Source of the DNA: Prorocentrum cordatum
Taxonomy: Eukaryota
NCBI GenBank assembly: GCA_963575745.1
Contig: CAUYUJ010000248.1
Span: forward strand, 434,001 to 498,000
Length of the DNA stretch: 64,000 nt
Direction of reading: 5' to 3'
Shown: one piece after another, positions 29,317 to 38,200 of the stretch
Layout: each line of letters starts with the position of its first letter
Position numbering within the stretch: the first letter of the stretch is position 1
Made by a program: the position numbers and the translations under genes
Notes under the pieces: generated by a model
What the model saw: only the letters and a program-made list of their open reading frames with translations
Databases searched by the model: none
What the model was told of the DNA's origin: nothing

Positions 29317-29737
29317 TCGCCAGCGAAGGAAAAGCGAGGGCCTGGGCGGGATGGCCCTTGGCCCACGGCAGAGAACATGGACTCGGATCCCATCTCCGGA
29401 GGAGCGGGCCCGAGCAGTGGGCCTGGGCTCTTACTATCGGTCCCTGGACGTCAGTGGAAAGAAACTCTACGACGCCGTGGGGGCCCACCTGGACCCGAGA
29501 TGCCTACAGCGCAGACTTGCGACCGCCATACTGGATTGGAGTAGGAGCGAGAACATCTCCGGGTGCCAACACGAAGCTCCGACAGAGGGCCAGATCTGGG
29601 CCACATGGAGACAGGCACGCAGGTTCGCCGACAGGAGCTGCCCTTGGGCGCCGCTCGCCGGGAACCCTTGTCCAGACGACATAGTCCGAGCCAGGCTGCA
29701 GCAACAGCTCCTAGATCAAGGGTCGCCGTTCCCCTAG
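26417..29737 (+). pseudogene. Pro/Arg-rich linker followed by a disrupted C5-cytosine DNA methyltransferase domain (~28361-29520)
   Basis: Motif I LVSLFDEWGLARLA, II FVEF, IV-like AGLPGASLS, GLAGS*TVQFF, VI-like CCEC, VIII IDSAATVASPRDRLW, IX RIPSPEERARAVGL, X LYDAVGAHLDP. Broken by TAG 28730, a C10 run and a (GA)n tract. Confidence 0.75.
29269..29313. repeat. (GA)n microsatellite inside the DNMT region
   Basis: Seen directly. Confidence 0.95.
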
Positions 29738-29900
29738 ACTCGCCTGAAGACCCAGGGACGCTTCATCTCGCCCTTGGGTCTCCCCCGCTCGCAACTCTCG
29801 TTCCGGGGGCGAGAACCAGAGCTTGGCAACTAGCCTGCTCCTCCCTGAGCCGCGCCCTCGCCCTGCACAGTAACCACACCGTCCGGCGACCGCGAGCCCT

Positions 29901-32900
29901 TTGGGCTTTCTTACACACTACCCCCTGGAGCAACCCCACCTGGGCGGACCTCTGCGGGGCCCTTTCCCTTCGTTCACTTATCGATGCCATCTCCAACGCC
30001 ACGCAAGCCGGTTCACTCAAGGTGGGCTGTTGGAACGTTGGTACCTCAAAAGCACGACTGTTCACAAGAACATGATTAAGCATGCCTTCTTGACGCAGAT
30101 GACCACCAACGGTAGGATCGGACTCATTCAGGAGACCCACTGGACAGAACACGAGGCTGCCGTCTGGTCCACCATGTTTCACGCCCGCACACTTGTCGCC
30201 TCTCCAGCCTACATTGGACCAGCCGGGGGTTGCGCCGGCGGAGTGGCGATCATCATTCCTCACGGCACCACACTCCTCCGGGCGGAAGACCTCGTCCCCG
30301 GATGTGCCGTTGCGGCCACCATGAGCCGAGGTGACAGCACCTACCGCCTGGTCTCGGTTTACCTCCCTCCCTCCAGGAAAGCCGAAACCATTGATGCCAT
30401 CAGGCAAGCCATCGAAAGGTGGGACGACACCCCTACATACTGGGGAGGGGACGTCAACATCCAGTTGGACAATCCCAGGGACGGTGAAACAGATGAGGCA
30501 GCGGCCCTGGCTGACCTGCTCTCACTGACTGGTTCAAGCGTCTGCCATTGCGATGGCCCCACAAGAGTGGACGCGGACAATGAACCACAGATCGACATCG
30601 TTGCCTGCCCCTTTCGTCAGCTCGGTGCCTACGGGGTCAGAAAGGCCTGGAAACCCTCAGTCTCCGACCACGCCATCCTTTACATGGAGCCGCAGGGCGC
30701 CCCCAGAACTCGCCGGGACAACACCATTCGCGCGGGCGACCTCCGCCTACTCCCAAGCGAGGCGCATGCTGAATTAAGGACTCTGTACTCCTTTCTTGGG
30801 CGCACCTTCGGGTTGCCGGACATCGACCTGACCGGCCTCCTTCAACCCGCCGACTGGGTCCGCCCGGCCACCCCTGGTCAATTCCCAGCCAGTCACTGCG
30901 ACAACGACGACGGCGAAGGGGAAAGGGAGCAGGAGACCTCCACTCCTCCCCCGGCCCCTAATCCGGGTGATGACCACACCGTCCCGCTTCTGCCCGCCCT
31001 CCTCACGCTTGGTCGCCACGCTCTGTCAGCCGCAATACAGGACTGGTGGAGGAAGTGGCGCAGAAGCAAAACCAACCGCTCGCCAGGGACCCTGCTTGCG
31101 GCCGCGGTAAGAGCGGATTCCACGACGCGCCCGGTGGGAGCGCTTGCTGCCTGGCTCGCGGAATACGAGTGGGACGGCAACGACTTAACACCTCAGCAGG
31201 CTGCCCTCTGGCTGCGAAGGTGGGACAATGACGCAGCGCAGAGACGCGCCACCCGCCTCACGCCCGCGCAAAGGGGCCCCGGAGTGGAGCGCCCCGCGCT
31301 TGCCTCTCACTACCGGACGGGGCGAGAAATCTTCGTCAGGACGCATGCCATCCTTGGAGTGCGCGACGAAGATGGAAGCTGGAAGGAGCGCACCAAGGAA
31401 GTTGACGACGTCCTATGGCGGAGCCGGAGTCCGATCTGGCAAACCGCCCCTCCTCTCCCCCCTACAGCGGACGGCATCCTAAACGAGTACTTCAAACAAA
31501 AGGACACGGGGCACTTCCCACACTCTCCCAGCCCACAGTGGGGCAGGATAGCCTCCCTCGTGCTGGGGCCTAGCGGCAGCGCCCCCGGTGTTGACGGTGA
31601 GCCGTACGAGCTGTATCATCCCGGTGCGCGCTTTGTTGCTGGACTCCTCGCCCAAGCCTGGTACGCCGCGGCACTGAACCCACGGCTCCTGGACCTGGCC
31701 CTTGGCCCCTCCGTCGACCTTCTGGTCTGGATCGGCAAGAAACCGGCCGCAGAGCGCCCTAACGACATGCGTGCCTTGCAACTCCCCACTTGCCTACGGA
31801 GACTGCATGGAGCGACCATTGCCGATTGCCTTGGCCCCGTGATTGAACCCAGGCTTAGCCCCAATCAAGCTGCCAAGCGCGGGGGACAGTGCGGCCCCAA
31901 CATCACCGCTGCCACCGACCATCTTGCCCTGGATCCCGTCCCCGACACCGAACCCGGGCCCTCCTGGACCGCCCTGCTTGGCGCACACCAAGAAGCTGTT
32001 GACCGCTATATACTGGACGCCGCTCGGCAACTAGGCCCTGCCCCGAGCACGGCTGTTCTCTTCTGCGATCAAAACAAAGCTTTCGAGCGCATATCCATAC
32101 AGTGGATGGGGCAGCTGGCAAGGCGTTGGCAGCTCCCGACCTGGCTCCTGCACTCCGTGGACTGCCTCGTCGGTAGCAGGAGCGCACGCACCTGCAAGGG
32201 TAGGTACAACATCAGAATAAGGAAGCTCTTACGGTCCATCGGAATGGGAGGCACCGCCTCCCCGCTCCTCTGGTGCCTAGGATACGACCCTCTCATCAGC
32301 GCCCTGGCCGACATCACCGGGGCGGACGATCCGACTTACGTGGACGACCTCGCTGCCCTGCTGGGCGCCACCGCCCAATCACTGCGCGCCGGCATCGCCT
32401 TGCCCTGGCTCGCAAGAGCGGCGGGGCTCCTCGTCGAAGCCCACCAGTGCAGGGGCATTGCAGCCCCATCCGGTATCAACATCAGGCAGTACCTGGACAA
32501 CGCCCCGGTGGACTTCAGCGATGATGGCACCACCACAACTGTTACAGGCCTGCCTGCCGGGCTCCTCCTGGAAATGATCAGTCGCGCTGCTGGCTCCAGT
32601 ATTGCGGCTCAGTGTTCTCCCTGGACCAGCCCATGCATGTGCAAATTTAAAACGGCCCTGGTCCCCGCCAGCAACCACGATTGGTGGAGACGCACCATGG
32701 ACTTCACCCCTTTCGGCTCGTCCGCCGTCCGTCCCCAGTGGCCCTATCTCGGCGCCTGCGTCGTATCTAGGGCTGCCGAAGGGGAAAATCTACCGCCCAG
32801 GGGGAGAATGACAAAGGGACAACTCGACGCCCTCGTCGCCGGCACCTGGGGCAAACCCCTCCCCAAGCTGCGGGGCCGGGCCATGGCCCTCCACCGTGCA

Positions 32901-33197
32901 AGCATGTCTCCCACTAAAACCGCCCTCGCCTGGAACACCTACCTCATCGCGCTCATCCCGTACCCATCCCACTACTCCCTCCCTGACACCGTGCAAGAAA
33001 GGGCACTCAGGGCACACCTGCGGGTAGCCCTTGGTCTTGCCTCTGCCTCCTGGACCCCAGACAACATCCTCACTGGCCTGGGCATCCGCTTCCAAGTCCC
33101 TGGCTGCCCCAAATGCCCGGTTGCTACCTCGCGTGCGATCGCGGCCAGGGCGCACGCCCTTGACGACCTGTGGGGGCCCCATACAGGCGAGACATAA
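29901..33197 (+). CDS. APE (EEP) endonuclease plus non-LTR reverse transcriptase
   Basis: EN: LKVGCWNV (adjacent frame, ~30016), IQETHW, GGVAI, VSVYLP, GGDVN, IDIV, SDH. RT: SAPGVDG, RALQL, DQNKAFERI, IGMGGTASPLLW, YVDDL (32337), WPYLG. Confidence 0.95.
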   Translation: MGFLTHYPLEQPHLGGPLRGPFPSFTYRCHLQRHASRFTQGGLLERWYLKSTTVHKNMIKHAFLTQMTTNGRIGLIQETHWTEHEAAVWSTMFHARTLVASPAYIGPAGGCAGGVAIIIPHGTTLLRAEDLVPGCAVAATMSRGDSTYRLVSVYLPPSRKAETIDAIRQAIERWDDTPTYWGGDVNIQLDNPRDGETDEAAALADLLSLTGSSVCHCDGPTRVDADNEPQIDIVACPFRQLGAYGVRKAWKPSVSDHAILYMEPQGAPRTRRDNTIRAGDLRLLPSEAHAELRTLYSFLGRTFGLPDIDLTGLLQPADWVRPATPGQFPASHCDNDDGEGEREQETSTPPPAPNPGDDHTVPLLPALLTLGRHALSAAIQDWWRKWRRSKTNRSPGTLLAAAVRADSTTRPVGALAAWLAEYEWDGNDLTPQQAALWLRRWDNDAAQRRATRLTPAQRGPGVERPALASHYRTGREIFVRTHAILGVRDEDGSWKERTKEVDDVLWRSRSPIWQTAPPLPPTADGILNEYFKQKDTGHFPHSPSPQWGRIASLVLGPSGSAPGVDGEPYELYHPGARFVAGLLAQAWYAAALNPRLLDLALGPSVDLLVWIGKKPAAERPNDMRALQLPTCLRRLHGATIADCLGPVIEPRLSPNQAAKRGGQCGPNITAATDHLALDPVPDTEPGPSWTALLGAHQEAVDRYILDAARQLGPAPSTAVLFCDQNKAFERISIQWMGQLARRWQLPTWLLHSVDCLVGSRSARTCKGRYNIRIRKLLRSIGMGGTASPLLWCLGYDPLISALADITGADDPTYVDDLAALLGATAQSLRAGIALPWLARAAGLLVEAHQCRGIAAPSGINIRQYLDNAPVDFSDDGTTTTVTGLPAGLLLEMISRAAGSSIAAQCSPWTSPCMCKFKTALVPASNHDWWRRTMDFTPFGSSAVRPQWPYLGACVVSRAAEGENLPPRGRMTKGQLDALVAGTWGKPLPKLRGRAMALHRASMSPTKTALAWNTYLIALIPYPSHYSLPDTVQERALRAHLRVALGLASASWTPDNILTGLGIRFQVPGCPKCPVATSRAIAARAHALDDLWGPHTGET

Positions 33198-35092
33198 GGC
33201 GGGGAGAAGGTGGAGCAAACTCGTGAAATTGGCGCGGGACTTCGCCCCTCGGGATGAGCCACGTAGGCCCGGCTCCAAGGTGCTGACCGACGCCAGGGCC
33301 GCTGACCTTTTCAATCGCGCCATGAGAGAGCCCCCTAGGCGCCGGGCTCGCTACTTCGGGCGCGTAGTTTACGTCGCGGCCTGGACGCAGCTCCACGGGC
33401 ACGTGGTGAGCTCCTGGTTCTCCACAAGCAGCCACGAACGTAGGTGGGCCCAAACAGACGGTGCGGAATGGTCCCTTCTCGGGCACTGCGCCTGCTTCAC
33501 CGAGGCGCACCACGTCCTCCGCGTTCTGGCCAACGGACTACCCGGATCCGCGCGTAGACGAAGCGTCGCTGACAGGATCCCCCACCAGTGCGGCTGCGGC
33601 AGGATGGCCAATAGAGTCTGGCTCACCGCTGGACAACGAGATCGCGGTCAGGCCTGGTGCGACTCGCGCCTCGGACCCTGGACCGGAGAGGCCTCCCTCT
33701 GGCCCCTCCTTGGCGACGACGCTTTGCCCGAGGACTTGCGTCCACTTGCTGCGGAGAGAAGAGGACAACTCGGAGACATCACCGTTCCAATACGGCAAGG
33801 ACTCTACGGAGCCTGCCCTCTCTGCGGCCTGGGAGAAGCCACTACTGAGCACGCGTGGGGCTGGTGCCCCGCCGCCGCCCTCGCCTGGGAAAAGACCAAA
33901 GGCCCTGACCACCCCAGAGACCTTCCCACCGCGATATGCCCCAGGCGGCAGCACCAGAGACTGGTCTGCCGCCTTCTACACCAGATCTCCTTTAGATACT
34001 GTGTGAACCTGGACTGTGCCCCCATCGGAGCCGACGAAGCCGCCAGAATCATTGTCCAGGGAATCTCCGTACCAGACACCGACCTCCAGGAAGACAATGA
34101 GGAGGAAGACGACATACAAGAAGGGCAGGCCCCTGCTGCACCGGCGGACGAAACTGCAGTCTGGGCCCCCATGCTGCTCCCCTGTCAACTTTGCAATCCC
34201 CAAGGCCCGCACCTGCTGCGCATTCAGGGGGCCGCTGGTCCGCATCTCGGCGGACAAGCTCCACGCGCTGGAGGGGAAATCCGGCACCTCCCTGTCACGA
34301 CCAGGATCGTGCGGAGTGGGGATCGGCTCGCCGTTCTCCAATCGGGCGACACCAGAGCGAGTTGGATGCCGCCTGGGTTGGGCTGGTTCCCCTGCCCCAG
34401 GACAGACAGGTCCCCCAGTGCCCTCTGGACCAAGAGCTACCGCCGACTCTGCGACCTGCATACCCTGGTGCTCAGAGCCAGCAGGGACATGGAAGCTGGC
34501 GAGGAGATCACCGTCAGAGACTCTCCGCCCCCCGCTGCCGATGCGGCCCAATGGCCCTTTGAGCTCACCTTCGACGGGGGGGCTCGCCGAATTGGGGGAG
34601 ACGACAAGGTCTCCGGGGCGGCAGCTGTCCTCTGGAAACACGACCCGCACCGCGGCTACCCTCGCGTCGTCGCGGTTGCCGTTGTTGCCCTCCCGGGCTG
34701 CGACAATGCACAGACGGCGAAGGCATCCGGGTGCAGAGCGGGACTCGCCCTGCTCCCCCACCTTGACACCACCCTCCGAGGTGCCCGGGGTGGTCGGCGA
34801 CAATCTTGCCGCCATCCGGTACGGAGCTGGCACGGGCCGCTATCGCCGGCTCTACCTGGCACAGCAGATGGACTTCGCCCTTCGGCAAGCAAGCGAAGCC
34901 GGATGGACACTTACATGGCAGGCCGTGCGTCGTCGCCTCAACAAAGCAGCTGACCGTCTTGCCACACTAGGTGTCTTCTGGGCCGATGCCCTTCGACGCG
35001 CCGGCGATCTAGCCGTCACTTCCTGGGTCGTCTGGGAGGGCTCCCAGCTGCCCCCCCCCCCTGTTTCCTGCCGCGGACATCGACCTCTGTGA
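33031..35092 (+). pseudogene. RT C-terminal region: CCHC zinc knuckle, SET-like segment, RNase HI (frameshifted)
   Basis: CPLCGLGEATTEHAWGWCP; LRASRDMEAGEEITV; FDGGAR...SGAAAVLW...NAQTAKA; then in the 34016 frame VVGDN...WQAVRRRLNKAADRLA. Confidence 0.8.
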
Positions 35093-35261
35093 CTTGGACC
35101 AAGTTGCGCTGTTTGTTGATGCCCTCGAAAATCCCCCCCCTCCCCCCCCTCTGATCGCCCCCCGCCGCGACACACTAAGGTCCTGACGGGTCGCAGCGTC
35201 ACTGCCATCACAAGAAGCGCAGCCATCCGCTGCCACCCTGGACCGGTTCCCACCCTAGACA

Positions 35262-38200
35262 ATGCCCAAAAACAACCAGGGCCCCCTCCGCCGTTGGCCC
35301 TCCTGCCTACCGCACAGTGACGAAGGGCCGCCAATGCGCGCGGGCACGCGCGTCTTCCTGGCCCGCTTCTGTCCCTGGATGCGTTGGGTCTACTTCCACG
35401 GCGGTTGGCGACACTGGCGCGAGATCTGCCAGGAGCCCGTCGACGACACAGAACACATCCTAAGCGCGAAGCACTACGACATGTCGGCGGCACGGTACCA
35501 GGACGGGCGGCCAGACCCGAACACTTTCACCACTCCTGGGAATCTTTGGTGCATGTGCGGAGGGAACCCCTACGACGCTACCCACCAGGTGTCTGTCACG
35601 CGGTTGGCCTGGCGCGGCTGGAAACCAGCCCAGCCCTTGGTTACCCGTGACGGGGTGCGCTCGCTACCTGGCATCGCGATCCCCGAGGATGCGCTGCACG
35701 TGCCCATTACCTACCCCCTCTGGGACGATCCGTCGACATACAACTGCCCAGGAGGCACCAGGGTGGAGCCGGAGAAGGTTCGTTCGCACATGATGGACAG
35801 GCGGGGCGCCGCAAAAGAGGGCCTCAGACAGCCCGAGGACGGCGACGGGAACAGGATGCGGGCGAAATCGTCCATCTGGCTACCCCCCTCACCTGGACAG
35901 GCCGCAGGCTCCTCTGGGGTACCTCCCCCTCCGCGCCCGCCGTCTCACCCTCCTCCTGCCTGGAGCCCACCCTGCCAGCAGCGAACAGTCCAGCTGGCCG
36001 AGGGCAGTGAGACGGAGATTGAAGCTCTCTCTCCGACAAGTCCAGCTGCCCTGGAAGATTCACTGGCCACGCAGGCAGCCTCAGACGTCGCCAACCTTTA
36101 CTCGGTTCCGCTGGACTCCCCGCACTCTAGAGTCCACCCCAAGGCAGCGCTCGGGGAACTAATCAATGCCGTCCGACTCCCCTCACAATGGCCATACTCC
36201 CTCCAGGACCGAGGGCAAACGTTAAGGAGGATCGCCTGGGTCGAAAGCCAAGCCTCGGTCGAGACGGTAGACGACGGCAGAGGCTCCACGCGAGAGGATT
36301 TAGCCAGAAGGGGTAACTGTGCCCTCGGAGTTCGCGTCACCAGGATCGATGCCAATACGCGCATGGAGGACCTGGACACCTTTCGGCTGCGGAACGCCAT
36401 GCACCTACCCGACGGTAAGGAATTTCTGTTGTTGGAGTGGCCCTCAATGTGCAAGGTCGCGACCAGACCCTTGGAACGTGACAAAGAGAGCAGGTGGCTT
36501 TACATTTCAGTCACGGGCCCGACGGTAGACAAGATCGCTGACGTCTCAGTTTGGTGGCCTCCCGCCCTGGGCGGTCACATCCATCCCAGGGATGCTCAAG
36601 CGCTAGGTCTCAGCCCTTCCGACAGGTACCCCTCGAACTTGCGCATCGTGGTCTACAACTACGGGAAGGGCGGGCAGTTTCACGAAGACGAAACCAAGGC
36701 GAGACGCCCCCCTAGCGACGATCTCCCCTGGCATCGTGTGGATGAAGCCCCTTCTGACATCCAGTTTTGGCGGCAATGCTCGGCACTGGACCAGATCTAC
36801 TACCTGCGCCAAAACCCAGCGGATCTGTTCGGCCACCAGCTTTCACCTCTGACGTACCTTCTTGCCTTTGTTCACGCCCCTCGGTCGGATCGAACCTTGG
36901 CCAACGACTTGGGACACATGCGTTCCCTGGGGCTGAGCCTTAGAGCCAGGGCGGAGGCCACCCTTGAGCGGAACGTCCCAGACGCCGACCACTTGCAAGC
37001 AGTCGAAGACGGCACGCTATTGCAGGCACCGCCTCTCCCCCAAGGCTTAAAGGCGTTCTCTGACGACGAAATCTCAGATACGACAGGCTCCGTCTTTCAG
37101 AGAGTGCGTCCTACTCCCAGCTTGGACACGCTCCACAGGATTATCGACAAGCACAGGCCGAACGGCGATGCGACCAGCGCCCTGCGTGCCACCCTGAACC
37201 ACCATGCTGTTCTATTGCACGGACCCCCTGGAACTGGCAAGACCACCTTCTCAGTTGCCTGCTTGGACATGTGGGGTTCCTGCCTACGCCCTGGACACGC
37301 TGTCGCTTTGGCAGCAGGGTCCAACACGGCGGTCGACCAACCAGCTCTGGCAATGATCGAGGCACAACGTCAGCGGCGCCTCGACCAAGACACGGGCTTC
37401 CCCGACAAGTTCGTGCGCCTGGCAAGGAAGGACCGTGTCAACGAGGCACTTGTTGACCTTACTCCCGAAGGTCACTACAGAAACGCCCACGGCGAGTTCC
37501 CTTTCCAGGACGGGGACAAGAACCAGGGCTTCAAGCCCTACAAGGCGAGCTTACTACGTCAGGCCAGGATAATCATGTCCACGCACGAGGCGTCAGAGGC
37601 ACTTGGCCAAAAGGACAGCCCCCAAATCGTCCTCCTAGTCATCGACGAGGCCGGACAAGCCACTGAGCTCCACGCGCTCATGTCCATGGTAAATCTGATC
37701 AACAGCGGAGGGACCGTGGTCCTCGTCGGAGACCCCAACCAGCTGCCCCCCACAGTGCTCTCCAAACTGGCGAACGAACTAGGGCTCTGCGTCAGCATCT
37801 TCGACAGGATGTTCCACGCACTCCGCGGCCAGGAGTCTTCAGTAGTTCACCTTTCAATCTGCTATCGGATGCATCCGCAGCTACTCGCTTTCCCGAATGC
37901 AGCCTACTACGGGAAAGGCATGAAATCTGGCATCCTGGATCCGCTCAGAGAGCGGCCAATAGTTGAGGGCATTCCCTGGAGAGACATTCGTGTGTGGGAA
38001 CCTGAGCGACTGGCAAAGCTGGCTACACTCACCGGTTCCGACGAAAGTGACCTCCGCGCCACCCTTGAGCCCCTGGACCCGCCGCTGAGCCCAGACAAGC
38101 ACCGTTTCCTAATGGTGCACACACCCTCCTGGGAGGTCACCTCCGAGCTACAACCAGGCTTTGCCAATCTTCCGGAGGCGGCCCAAGCCGTGGATATTGT

